A stretch of DNA of 32,000 nt from Candidatus Hadarchaeales archaeon (lineage in GTDB: Archaea; Hadarchaeota; Hadarchaeia; Hadarchaeales; Hadarchaeaceae): assembly GCA_038823825.1 (NCBI GenBank), contig JAWBCC010000003.1:60001-92000 (forward strand). Reading direction: 5' to 3'. A program made the position numbers and the translations under genes. The notes under the pieces are model-generated. The model had not been told where the DNA came from and did not search any database. It was given only the letters and a program-made list of their open reading frames with translations. Below, in pieces: positions 18,614 to 27,370 of this stretch (positions are counted from its first letter, which is position 1; every line of letters begins with the position of its first letter).

Positions 18614-19579
18614 TCACTTTTGGGTCTCGAAAATACATTCCTCAGGAGATTTGTCTCTTCTTAGGCGCAAAAAAACAGGGGCTCTTAACTTGAGGTCATC
18701 AGTTACTTCTAGAAATCTCACCTCACAGACGAACTCTGGTCTAACCCATCGGACTTCGTAAGGTGGTTCCTCTTCAACTGGTTTTTCTGGAACTTCGATT
18801 TTTTTGAGTTCTGATGTGAGATATCTGATTGTTTCCTCATCAAATCCAGTTCCAACCTTCCCAAGGAAAATCAACTTTTCACGATCGTACGCTCCTATCG
18901 CAAGTGCTCCGAAGTAATCCTTCCGTTCTCCTTCCCCCGGCGTATAGCCCAAAATCACGCAGTCCATCGTCTTGAAAGTCTTGACCTTTATCCAATCCTC
19001 GCTTCTCTTCCCCTGCTGATAGGTGCTCTCGAGCTTCTTACCCATCACTCCCTCCAATCCCATCGCTTTTACGCTCTCCCACAGTCTTCTGCCATCCTCA
19101 GTATACATGCAGAGTCTCAGACGTTCGCTTTCTTTCACGATCTCTGAAAGTTTCTGCTTTCTTTCTCTGAGTGGTTTGTTTGTCATATCTTCTTCATTGG
19201 CAAGCAGAACGTCGAACGCGAAAATAACAGCCGGGTACATTTTGGAAAGTAGCTCTATTTTGAGTGGATGCTCCTGCTGTTCTCTAAGCTGCAAGAGTTG
19301 AAAATCTGGCTTGTTGTTTTTATCGAGCACAACGATCTCGCAGTCGAGAATGCAGGGGTCGGCGAGGATGTTTCTGTGAATGCCTGAAAGTTCAGGATAT
19401 CTGTGTTCAATCCACTTCTTTCTTCTGTTCAGAATTTTTATCCTCTCACCTTTTTTGTAAACGATCGCTCTTGTTCCGTCGAGCTTAGGTTCCCAGATGT
19501 AGTGGGGTTTGCTGAGATCATTTTCGCTTCCCAGCCTTGCAAGCATCGGGCTTATGATGGGTGGCCAGTCTGAGTTCAT
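18614..19579 (-). CDS. ligD: ATP-dependent DNA ligase, LigD ligase-domain type
   Basis: SPMLARLGSENDLSKPHYIWEPKLDGTRAIVYKKG (EPKLDGxR adenylation motif), DCEIVVLD, EGVMGKKLESTYQQGKRSEDWIKVK, GKVGTGFDEETIRYL. Confidence 0.92.
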   Translation of the reverse strand: MNSDWPPIISPMLARLGSENDLSKPHYIWEPKLDGTRAIVYKKGERIKILNRRKKWIEHRYPELSGIHRNILADPCILDCEIVVLDKNNKPDFQLLQLREQQEHPLKIELLSKMYPAVIFAFDVLLANEEDMTNKPLRERKQKLSEIVKESERLRLCMYTEDGRRLWESVKAMGLEGVMGKKLESTYQQGKRSEDWIKVKTFKTMDCVILGYTPGEGERKDYFGALAIGAYDREKLIFLGKVGTGFDEETIRYLTSELKKIEVPEKPVEEEPPYEVRWVRPEFVCEVRFLEVTDDLKLRAPVFLRLRRDKSPEECIFETQK

Positions 19580-20367
19580 ACCTCGGTTACCTTCTTCTTT
19601 TCAGCGATTCGTAAACTCTCCTCTAGGGCTTTCATGAGATCCACGGTTGTCGGTGCTTCGGCCGGTTTCTCAAGTTTTATAGCAGCTCCTTCAGCCTTTC
19701 CTCTGATCAATTCGAGCAACGCTTCCCGGTATGCATCTTTAAGTTCCTCTGGTCTAAATTCTCCTTTCATCTGCTCTATCAGCTTTTTAGCAAGATCTCT
19801 TTCCCTATCCGAGGTTTCCGGAATTCTCTGGATTTCTGTCAGTTCATCTGTAGGAACGATTTCGTCGAAATAGTGAAGAAGGGTTAGATGAAGACAGTTC
19901 TGTCCGGGCCTTATCACAACCGGATATTCTTTATTCCGAAGGGTGAGCTTCCCGAGAGCAGCGGACCCTGTCTCTGCGAGAGCATGGAAAAGCAATCCAT
20001 AAGCTCTCTCTCCACCCTCCTCGGGAGCGACGTAGTAATGCTCAGAGAAGTAAGTCACGTCTATGTCTCTAATTTCAATGAAATTCGAAATTTCAATGAT
20101 TTTTGTGCTTTTAACTTTAATACCTTCCAATTCTTCTTCTGTTACTTCGATAAACTTATCTTTAGCAAGCTCGAATGCCTTTACGAGTTCTTCGTCTGCA
20201 AGTTCTTTCTGGCATTTTGTGCACCACTTCTTGTATTTTACCGGTGTTTTGCACTCCTTGTGAATTAGATGAAATGAGATAGACTTGTCTCTCGTTGCTT
20301 TGTAAAGCTTGACGGGTATGTTGACGAGACCGAAAGATATTGCTCCTCTCCAAATTGCTCTAGGCAT
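19576..20367 (-). CDS. ku: Ku protein (bacterial/archaeal NHEJ)
   Basis: MPRAIWRGAISFGLVNIPVKLYKATRDKSISFHLIHKE, PVKYKKWCTKC, YVAPEEGGERAYGLLFHALAETGSAALGKLTLRNKEYPVVIRP. Start ATG 20367 preceded by GGGGAAGGA; overlaps ligase start by 4 nt (ATGA). Confidence 0.95.
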   Translation of the reverse strand: MPRAIWRGAISFGLVNIPVKLYKATRDKSISFHLIHKECKTPVKYKKWCTKCQKELADEELVKAFELAKDKFIEVTEEELEGIKVKSTKIIEISNFIEIRDIDVTYFSEHYYVAPEEGGERAYGLLFHALAETGSAALGKLTLRNKEYPVVIRPGQNCLHLTLLHYFDEIVPTDELTEIQRIPETSDRERDLAKKLIEQMKGEFRPEELKDAYREALLELIRGKAEGAAIKLEKPAEAPTTVDLMKALEESLRIAEKKKVTEV

Positions 20368-20411
20368 ATCCTTCCCCCAAAAGAAACCTTCCAACCATTA
20401 AATAAAAAACA

Positions 20412-20711
20412 ATGCAAAAGCCAATATTTTTGATGCCGGAAACGACCGTGCTGCTTGACGAAATGTACATGGGGCTTAAGCCCTTCCTACAAGTCCTCGG
20501 CTGGAATGTTTTAACAGTTGACGATGTTGGTCTCAGAGGAGCTTCAGATGTTGAAGTTGTGGAGTTTGCATCAAAGCAAGGATATATATTGGTTTCTCAG
20601 GAGCCCAGAGTTGGGGAACTTGCGAGGCTTAAGAATGTTCCGTGTGTTGTCGTGGGTCTAGCGGACATCGCAAAGGTGATAGACGCTAGGTTGCGCGAGA
20701 TAAAAAAATAG
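20412..20711 (+). CDS. DUF5615-type PIN-like protein (possible orphan toxin-like)
   Basis: VLLDEMYMGLKPFLQVLGWNVLTVDDVGLRGASDVEVVEFASKQGYILVSQEPRV..VVVGLADIAKVIDARL resembles the LxDExLxxxLxxxLxxxGxDVxTvxxxGxxxxsDxExxxxAxxxxRxLxTxDxD pattern. Confidence 0.65.
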   Translation: MQKPIFLMPETTVLLDEMYMGLKPFLQVLGWNVLTVDDVGLRGASDVEVVEFASKQGYILVSQEPRVGELARLKNVPCVVVGLADIAKVIDARLREIKK

Positions 20712-20743
20712 GATTTTATTGACGGGTTCCAGATAGAGATTGG

Positions 20744-20819
20744 AGCCCCGTGGGGTAGCGGTCAATCCTGCCGGACTCTGGATCCGGCGACGCCGGTTCG
20801 AATCCGGCCGGGGCTACCA
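20744..20819 (+). tRNA. tRNA-Gln (anticodon CTG), CCA encoded
   Basis: AGCCCCG/CGGGGCT acceptor, CCGGA-CTCTGGA-TCCGG anticodon arm, GCCGG-TTCGAAT-CCGGC T arm. Confidence 0.93.
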
Positions 20820-20887
20820 TCTGTCTGAGTAAGGGTTATATATTGCGGTTCATCATAAAAATGATAAAACGAAAAGGTGATCATCTG

Positions 20888-21904
20888 ATGCACAAGATAC
20901 TCCCGAAAGAGAATTTGAGAAATTTTTTTGAAAAGCTGAAAGAGCTTGGAGAGGTGCACGCTCCCGTTAGACGCGGAACTATCTTCGCTTTTTCCAAGAT
21001 AGAGTCCGTTGAACAAATCGAGTTTTCTTACGTAAGAACGATGATACCACCAAAAAAATATTTCATTCAGACTTGTGAGGAGATCCTTAGGTTTACGCCG
21101 GATAAGGGTTATTCTCCGGTTACTACGGAAACTAAAAAAGTGGTTTTGTTTGGTGTTCATGCTTGCGATATTAATGCGATTAAAATTCTAGACAATGTGT
21201 TTTTGGAAGAGCCGGTCGATCTCTTTTATGAGGAGAGGAGAAAAAACACATTTATAGTTGGGATTTCATGCGAACCAGACGATTTTTGCTTCTGTAAATC
21301 TGTGGGTGCTGACTCTGTTCAGGATAATTATGATCTTTTTTTGTACGACCTCGGGGATAGATACCTCATCGATACGGGAAGCAGAGCAGGTGAGGAGTTT
21401 CTTTTAAGTCTTAACCTGCAGAATCCGACTTCTACGGATTTTGAAGTCTTAAGAAAAATGCTTTCTGAGCGTGATCTGAAGTTCAAAAAAACTCTTAATG
21501 CTCAGGGTCTTGCGCAGATAGTAGACTCGAACCCATCTAGCGAGGTGTGGGGGAGATATGCTGAAAAATGTCTTGCCTGTGGAGGATGTACTCTCGTTTG
21601 TCCAACTTGTCGCTGTTATTCGATCGATGAGTTTAGAGATCTCTCGCTTGAAAAAAGCACAAGGACGAGAAGGTGGGATTCATGCTTTCTGAGAAGCCAT
21701 GCTCTGGTTGCCGGTGGCTTAAACTTCCGTCCAACAAGGCTCGACAGATTTAGGCACAGATACAACTGTAAGAGTTCGATCGAGTGGAAATCTGGTGGAC
21801 TCTTTTGTGTTGGATGTGGAAGATGCAGCGCCTTTTGTCCGGCGGGAATTGACCATGTGGAAGTTTTAAACAACCTTGTGCATCTTTCGGTGATGACGAT
21901 ATGA
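20888..21904 (+). CDS. hydB: NiFe sulfhydrogenase beta subunit, 4Fe-4S protein
   Basis: CEPDDFCFCKSVG, CLACGGCTLVCPTCRCY, CVGCGRCSAFCPAGID; AAAGGTGAT upstream of ATG 20888. Confidence 0.88.
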   Translation: MHKILPKENLRNFFEKLKELGEVHAPVRRGTIFAFSKIESVEQIEFSYVRTMIPPKKYFIQTCEEILRFTPDKGYSPVTTETKKVVLFGVHACDINAIKILDNVFLEEPVDLFYEERRKNTFIVGISCEPDDFCFCKSVGADSVQDNYDLFLYDLGDRYLIDTGSRAGEEFLLSLNLQNPTSTDFEVLRKMLSERDLKFKKTLNAQGLAQIVDSNPSSEVWGRYAEKCLACGGCTLVCPTCRCYSIDEFRDLSLEKSTRTRRWDSCFLRSHALVAGGLNFRPTRLDRFRHRYNCKSSIEWKSGGLFCVGCGRCSAFCPAGIDHVEVLNNLVHLSVMTI

Positions 21905-22779
21905 CGTCTCTCCCACCCCTTCAAGTGCCGAAATTGGCAAAAATAGTTGAAATCGTTGAGATGACGGCGATAGAAAAAATGTTTAAGCTTGAGTTTCTTG
22001 ATGGTAGCACTCTGAGCTTTAAGCCTGGGCAGTTTGTAGAAATCAGCGTAATGGGAGTTGGAGAGGCACCGATTTCCATATGTAAATCGCCCACAAGATC
22101 TGGACCTCTCGAGATAATAGTGAGAAAGGTGGGAAGAGTGACAAAAGCTTTACATGCTATGAAGCCGGGCGATAAGGTCGGGGTTAGAGGACCATTCGGA
22201 AACGGGTTCCCGATGGAGAAGATGAAAGGAATGGATGTTCTGCTTGCTGCGGGAGGCCTTGGAATGGCACCGCTGAATTCGGTTCTCCAATATGTTCTGG
22301 ATAAGAAAGAGGAATACGGGAAAGTAATTCTCATGTATGGGATCAGAAGTTATCAGGACGCACTTTTTAGAGAAGAGGTTTTTAAAATGCTTGAGAGCCA
22401 GACAGAACCGGTTGTGTTGCTCGCTTATGAGCGTGATGATCCTTTGCTCGCGAAGATTGCGGAGAAATATCCGCACAATGTTAGGAAAGGGGTGATAACC
22501 GTTCTCTGCAAAGAGTGTCTTCTTCCACACTTGAGAGCTGATAGAACGTGTGCGGTGGTTTGTGGCCCGCCGATCATGTATAAATTTGTGCTTAAGGAGT
22601 TGGTTGGTCTCGGAATACCCCCCGAGAGAATTTACATGACGCTTGAGAGGAGAATGGAGTGTGGAATGGGTAAATGTGGTCATTGTATCGTGGGCGGTGC
22701 ATCGACAATCAGATATATTTGTAAAGATGGTCCGGTTTTTACGGGTGTCGATGCTCTTACGATAAGGGGCTTGATATGA
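21901..22779 (+). CDS. hydG: NiFe sulfhydrogenase gamma subunit, FAD/NAD(P)-binding oxidoreductase
   Basis: FKPGQFVEISVMGVGEAPISICKSP, VGVRGPFGNGFP, LLAAGGLGMAPLNSVL, MERRMECGMGKCGHCIVG (2Fe-2S). Confidence 0.92.
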   Translation: MTSLPPLQVPKLAKIVEIVEMTAIEKMFKLEFLDGSTLSFKPGQFVEISVMGVGEAPISICKSPTRSGPLEIIVRKVGRVTKALHAMKPGDKVGVRGPFGNGFPMEKMKGMDVLLAAGGLGMAPLNSVLQYVLDKKEEYGKVILMYGIRSYQDALFREEVFKMLESQTEPVVLLAYERDDPLLAKIAEKYPHNVRKGVITVLCKECLLPHLRADRTCAVVCGPPIMYKFVLKELVGLGIPPERIYMTLERRMECGMGKCGHCIVGGASTIRYICKDGPVFTGVDALTIRGLI

Positions 22780-23546
22780 AGCCGAAGGTTGGGTTTTACG
22801 AATTAACGGGTTGTGCTGGCGAAATGCTTCACATTTTGAATATGGAGGATATTTTAATTGATGTTTTTAGCAAAATCGATTTGGTCGAGTTCAGGATAGC
22901 GAGCAGTGTGAAGAGACCAGAAAGAGTTGACATCGCTTTTGTTGAAGGTTCTGTGACAACTGAGGAAAACTTGGAAGCCCTGAAGTCGATAAGAGAGAAG
23001 TCTGATGTTCTCGTTGCGATCGGAGATTGTGCCGTATGGGGAGGGATTCAGGCCTCCACAACCGGCGAGGATTGGAAGACATTGATGAAAGAAGTTTATG
23101 GTGTTGAGGAGAACTACTTCAGATTTCTGGGGGAGCATAAATCACTATCCGAGTGTGTGAAGGTGGACTATGAACTTCCGGGATGTCCGATTGAGCAAGA
23201 CGAATTTGTCAGACTCTTCATCGAGCTTTTGGAGGGGATTGAGCCTAAAATCAAGGATTATCCTGTTTGTGTTGAGTGTAAGATCAAAGAGATACCATGT
23301 CTTATCGTGGAGAAGAGAGAGCCATGTTTGGGTCCAATCAGTGTTGGGGGCTGCAAAGCCCGATGTCCATACTACGGAACACCGTGCATAGGTTGCAGAG
23401 GCCCCGTGAGGGAGGAGGCGAATGTCGCTGGAGAGGTTTCGACACTTGTGGAAAAAGGCTGGAGAAAAGAAGATATCGTGAAGAGGATGGAGCTTTTCGC
23501 CAAGAGATATAAGGATATTGAGAAACTTGTGGAGGTCAAAAAATGA
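22776..23546 (+). CDS. hydD: NiFe sulfhydrogenase delta (small) subunit
   Basis: KVGFYELTGCAGEMLHILNMED, VAIGDCAVWGGIQA, YELPGCPIEQDEF, CVECK..CLGPISVGGCKARCPYYGTPCIGCRGP. Confidence 0.9.
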   Translation: MKPKVGFYELTGCAGEMLHILNMEDILIDVFSKIDLVEFRIASSVKRPERVDIAFVEGSVTTEENLEALKSIREKSDVLVAIGDCAVWGGIQASTTGEDWKTLMKEVYGVEENYFRFLGEHKSLSECVKVDYELPGCPIEQDEFVRLFIELLEGIEPKIKDYPVCVECKIKEIPCLIVEKREPCLGPISVGGCKARCPYYGTPCIGCRGPVREEANVAGEVSTLVEKGWRKEDIVKRMELFAKRYKDIEKLVEVKK

Positions 23547-24832
23547 GGGAAATCCTGGTTGAACATCTGGCGAGAGTTGAGGGTCACGGCAATATAAGAG
23601 TTGTTGTTGATAAGGAGAACGTTCGGGAGGTGAAGATGGAGATTTTGGAAGGACCAAGGTTTATTGAGAAAATTCTTGTTGGAAGGAGCATAGACGAGGC
23701 GCCGGACATAGTTGCAAGAATATGCTCGATTTGCCCGGATCCACACTCGGTTGCATGTGTGAACGCGATAGAGAAGGCCATAGGCTTTAGGCCGAGTGAA
23801 CAAACGAGAGTTTTGAGAGAGCTTCAGCTTATATCGGATGTTATATCGAGCCATGCTCTTCATCTTTTCCTCCTAGCTCTTCCAGACTTTCTTGGTTATC
23901 CAGATGCAATTTCTATGGTTTCCAAGTATGGGAAGGAGGTGGCCTTGGGTTTGAAGGTCAAAAAGGCGGGGAACGTGATCAAGGAGGTTCTGACGGGCAG
24001 ATCGGTTCACGGATGTACGGTAAAGCCGGGTGGATATACGAGAGTTCCGACCCAGGAGGAATTAGAAAAGCTTGAAAAGAGTCTGGCGGAAGCGATGGAT
24101 GGTGCAAGGCTTGCGGTGGATTTGTTTGCTTCTTTCGATCTTCCAGAGGTCTTCAGAGAGGAAAATATGTTTATGGCGGTTGATCCCGGGGAGGTTTACG
24201 GTTTTTCGGGTGAGCACATTTTAATATCGAATGGAGAGAGGAGACCTGTTGAGAATTATAGACTTCTAACGAATGAGAGGGTTGTTCCTCACTCAACCGC
24301 CAAGCACTCATATTATCAGGGCGAGTCCTTCATGGTTGGAGCTCTCGCTCGAATCCTTCTCAACAGGGGAAAGCTAAAGGGTGAAGCGGTGGAGCTGGCG
24401 GATAGAATTTGGGAGAAGCTGGATCCGAAGAATCCTCTGGCGAATAACCTCGCGCAGGCGTTGGAACTCGTGTATTCGGTTGAGAGAGCTATTGAGCTCA
24501 TCGAATGGCTCCTTGATCATGGCATAGGGGAACCTAGAGGGGAGATGAAGATAAAGGCTGGGGTGGGTGTGGCGGCAGTCGAAGCCCCTCGTGGAATTTT
24601 GTATCACTTTTATGAGGTTGACGGGGAGGGAAAGATAGCTCGTGCGGACATAGTCACTCCCACTGCTCAAAATGCCGCGAACATTGAGAAATATCTGAGG
24701 ATATCTGCGCAGAGACTTTTGGAGAGAGGAGTGGATAATCTCGAGCCTCACCTTGAGATGCTTGTTAGGGCTTATGATCCGTGCATTTCCTGCTCGGCGC
24801 ATCTTGTTAGGGTTGTGAGGTTGAACGAGTGA
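23543..24832 (+). CDS. hydA: NiFe sulfhydrogenase alpha (large catalytic) subunit
   Basis: HLARVEGHGNIRVVVD, ARICSICPDPHSVACVNAIEKA, GEPRGEMKI, C-terminal YDPCISCSAHLVRVVRLNE. Confidence 0.93.
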   Translation: MREILVEHLARVEGHGNIRVVVDKENVREVKMEILEGPRFIEKILVGRSIDEAPDIVARICSICPDPHSVACVNAIEKAIGFRPSEQTRVLRELQLISDVISSHALHLFLLALPDFLGYPDAISMVSKYGKEVALGLKVKKAGNVIKEVLTGRSVHGCTVKPGGYTRVPTQEELEKLEKSLAEAMDGARLAVDLFASFDLPEVFREENMFMAVDPGEVYGFSGEHILISNGERRPVENYRLLTNERVVPHSTAKHSYYQGESFMVGALARILLNRGKLKGEAVELADRIWEKLDPKNPLANNLAQALELVYSVERAIELIEWLLDHGIGEPRGEMKIKAGVGVAAVEAPRGILYHFYEVDGEGKIARADIVTPTAQNAANIEKYLRISAQRLLERGVDNLEPHLEMLVRAYDPCISCSAHLVRVVRLNE

Positions 24833-25260
24833 AATTTGTACTCTGTTTGGGCAGTTTCTTCGCCTCTGACGATGTTTTTGGTCTTCTCGTCGCAAAGGAG
24901 TTAACGAAAAAGGGCTTGAAAAATGTTCAGATCTGTGGTTCGGATCTTTCTCCGCTTATCTCGAGGATAGAAGAGGTGGAGACTCTGATAATAGTGGATG
25001 CCGTCGATTGGGGGGCAAAACCCGGGGAGATTTTTGTGAAAAATTTGGAAGAAATTGAGGATTTTTCAGGTTTGGTTACTCACGGCCTTTCTCCAATTTT
25101 TATTGTCAGGATTCTTAGAGAATTGACAGGGAAGCCGAAGGAGGTCTATATCGTTGGAGTTCAACCAGCCAAAGTTGAGCTTGGTGTGGAAAGCTCTGAA
25201 GATATTGAAAAATCGGTTGAAGATGTTGTTGAAATAGTTTTGGATCTTCTCAAGTCCTGA
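24829..25260 (+). CDS. Hydrogenase maturation protease (HycI/HyaD family)
   Basis: LCLGSFFASDDVFGLLVAKEL, TLIIVDAVDWGAKPGEI, VTHGLSPIFIVRILRELTGKPKEVYIVGVQPAKVELG. Confidence 0.87.
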   Translation: MKFVLCLGSFFASDDVFGLLVAKELTKKGLKNVQICGSDLSPLISRIEEVETLIIVDAVDWGAKPGEIFVKNLEEIEDFSGLVTHGLSPIFIVRILRELTGKPKEVYIVGVQPAKVELGVESSEDIEKSVEDVVEIVLDLLKS

Positions 25261-25804
25261 CCTTTCCCTTCTTGATGATCCCTTTTGTATCCATTATCGT
25301 GATGAAGGCTTCGGGGTCGGTTTTTCTAACAAGTTTGAGGAAGTCGGAAAGATGTCTTCGGGCTATGACTGACTGATAGATTAGTCTGTTTCCGCGCAAT
25401 CCGCGTCCTTTGATTATTGTCATTGGGTAACCTGCATTTCTAAGGGCCAGTCCGATTTCTCTGCTTTTGGTCACTGAAATGACCTGAACTGTGACATGAC
25501 CTACAGCCATTTTTTCCTCAATGTTTACGCCGAGGTAAGTTCCGAGTGCGTATCCTAGGGAAAAAGATATGAAATAGCTGATGCCGGCGAGACTGAAAGG
25601 AGCATCGAGGAAGTTCTTCAAAACGACCCCAAAGGTGATGAACCAGATTGTGGTCTCTAAAAAGCTCAGAAAAGAAGCACGAAATCTCTGGCCTCTGAGA
25701 ACCCATATGTCTCTGACCGTTCCGATTGTGTTTTGCAGAAGTCGGGCAAAGAACACGGAAATGCAGACAGTGGATATCTTCAGTATTTCACTCATCAAAA
25801 TCAA
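25250..25804 (-). CDS. UPF0316/DUF2179-like membrane protein
   Basis: VFFARLLQNTIGTVRDIWVLRGQRFRASFLSFLETTIWFITFGVVLKNF, YALGTYLGVNIEEKMAVG. Confidence 0.8.
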   Translation of the reverse strand: MILMSEILKISTVCISVFFARLLQNTIGTVRDIWVLRGQRFRASFLSFLETTIWFITFGVVLKNFLDAPFSLAGISYFISFSLGYALGTYLGVNIEEKMAVGHVTVQVISVTKSREIGLALRNAGYPMTIIKGRGLRGNRLIYQSVIARRHLSDFLKLVRKTDPEAFITIMDTKGIIKKGKVRT

Positions 25805-25874
25805 GAAACATGAAAAATATTTAAAAAGAGATGCTTTTTATTATCGAGAAAAGAAGAATTGCAGAGGTGAAAAT

Positions 25875-26093
25875 ATGACAACAGATCTGGATCCAAGGAC
25901 GCTGAAAGTTTATGAGACGATGAAGAAGCTCGGGGCTACCTCGCCAAACTCTCTGAAGACCGCGGACGACATAATGCGCGCCTGTGGTCTTCCGAAGAGC
26001 GTGGTGAACAACGCTCTAATGACTCTTGTGAACAAGGGTTATGCGAAGAGGGTGGCGAGGGAGAAGGCTGCCGGTTACTATCTTTTGAAGTGA
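25875..26093 (+). CDS. Small winged-helix DNA-binding protein (72 aa)
   Basis: MTTDLDPRTLKVYETMKKLGATSPNSLKTADDIMRACGLPKSVVNNALMTLVNKGYAKRVAREKAAGYYLLK; GCAGAGGTGA ahead of ATG 25875; the track's longer ORF start is spurious. Confidence 0.75.
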   Translation: MTTDLDPRTLKVYETMKKLGATSPNSLKTADDIMRACGLPKSVVNNALMTLVNKGYAKRVAREKAAGYYLLK

Positions 26094-26156
26094 CTATTTT
26101 CCGGCACCTGGCCCTCCACAGTTTCTTTTTTCTTTTCTTTTTCCAAGGTTTAGCTG

Positions 26157-27266
26157 ATGAAAAGAGTGGGTGTTGCGGAGCTTCCTCTTCATGGCGGGAA
26201 ATGTCCTCCTTGGCTTTTCGGCAGGATGAAGAGACTTGGGGGCGCTATTGCGGAGCTCATCGTCAGAGAGTACGGGAGGAAGGAGTTTCTCCGCAGGCTG
26301 GGAGATCCGTTTTTCCTCCAGTCTCTTGGTTGTGTTTTGGGTTATGATTGGCATAGCTCTGGTTTGACGACTGTGACGATGGGTGCTCTTAAAGAGGCAC
26401 TTGCTGAGAGGGATCTTGGGATAGTCGTCTGCGGCGGAAAGGGTCTGGTTTCAAGGAGGACGCCGGACGAGATAGAGAAGGTTGCGGAGAAGTTCTCTTT
26501 CTCGACCGCGGAGAAGGAGAGGCTGAAGTATGCGAGTAGGATGGTTGCGAAGGTGGACAATGCTTGTGTTCAGGATGGATATCAGCTTTACCATCATACT
26601 TTCGTTTTGAGTGAGGATGGGGACTGGGCGGTTGTTCAGCAGGGGATGAGGGAGAAGTTTGCTAGGCGGTATCATTGGATATCGGAGGGTTTGAAGAGCT
26701 TCGTGGAGGAGCCGCATTCGGGGATAGCTGGAGAGAGAAAGGAGGATGTTGTTTTGGATATGACGGCTGAGGAGAGCGAAGAGGCGAGGAAGACGAGCGT
26801 GGATTTGGTGAGGGAGAACCCGAGGAGACTTCTCTCTTATGTTAGGGGTGCGGAGCAGAAGCTTTTGGATGAGTATCTGGAGAAGAAGCCGGAGGTTAAG
26901 GTTCTTCTCATGCCTGCGGGGCACAGGATATCGGAGTTGACGGAAAAGACGATTGCGGCGCTTAAGAGGGCTTACGAGATTCAGCCTGAGAATTATGAAG
27001 AGCTAGTGGCAATAAAGGGAATTGGTCCGAAGGCGATAAGGGCTCTTGCTCTTGTCTCAGCGGTTATCTATGGGAAGCCGCCATCTTGGAAGGATCCTGT
27101 GAGGTATAGCTTCGCGCATGGAGGGAAGGACGGGATTCCGTATCCTGTTGATAGGAAAACATATCAGACGACGATCGAGATTCTCGAAGAGGCGATAGAG
27201 GGAATGGAAGCTGGGAAGGAGGAGAAAATCCGAGCTCTTCGGAGACTTCACGAGTTTGTTGGGTAG
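26157..27266 (+). CDS. DUF763 family protein with helix-hairpin-helix-like segment
   Basis: MKRVGVAELPLHGGKCPPWLFGRMKRLGGAIAELIVREYG, LGYDWHSSGLTTVTMGALKEAL, CVQDGYQLYHHTFV, LVAIKGIGPKAIRALALVSAVIYG. Confidence 0.9.
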   Translation: MKRVGVAELPLHGGKCPPWLFGRMKRLGGAIAELIVREYGRKEFLRRLGDPFFLQSLGCVLGYDWHSSGLTTVTMGALKEALAERDLGIVVCGGKGLVSRRTPDEIEKVAEKFSFSTAEKERLKYASRMVAKVDNACVQDGYQLYHHTFVLSEDGDWAVVQQGMREKFARRYHWISEGLKSFVEEPHSGIAGERKEDVVLDMTAEESEEARKTSVDLVRENPRRLLSYVRGAEQKLLDEYLEKKPEVKVLLMPAGHRISELTEKTIAALKRAYEIQPENYEELVAIKGIGPKAIRALALVSAVIYGKPPSWKDPVRYSFAHGGKDGIPYPVDRKTYQTTIEILEEAIEGMEAGKEEKIRALRRLHEFVG

Positions 27267-27280
27267 TGCACAGCTGTGCA
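27267..27280. repeat. Palindrome copy 1 TGCACAGCTGTGCA
   Basis: Perfect 14 bp palindrome starting directly after the TAG stop of the DUF763 gene. Confidence 0.95.
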
Positions 27281-27317
27281 TAATTTCGCTTCATTCACAA
27301 ATTTGACTAGGGTTGAG

Positions 27318-27331
27318 TTCACAGCTGTGCA
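27318..27331. repeat. Palindrome copy 2 TTCACAGCTGTGCA (one mismatch)
   Basis: Immediately upstream of TATA-like CTTATAAAC. Confidence 0.9.
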
Positions 27332-27336
27332 TTCCC

Positions 27337-27344
27337 TTATAAAC
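27337..27344 (+). promoter_or_regulatory. TATA-like box TTATAAAC between palindromes 2 and 3
   Basis: Archaeal TATA consensus; ~38-44 nt upstream of candidate GTG start at 27381. Confidence 0.55.
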
Positions 27345-27370
27345 CGCTTTCAACTGATGGATCGGTGGGA

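Noticed and set aside
25581-25874. Long upstream extension of the small wHTH protein
   Set aside because: Overlaps the opposite-strand UPF0316 gene; a clear RBS and ATG at 25875 give the sensible start.
9000-26924. Numerous antisense ORFs of 60-180 aa opposite the hydrogenase, surface protein, NadA and ligase genes
   Set aside because: They lie opposite strong coding sequences, show low-complexity basic/Ser-rich composition and match no family I recognise.
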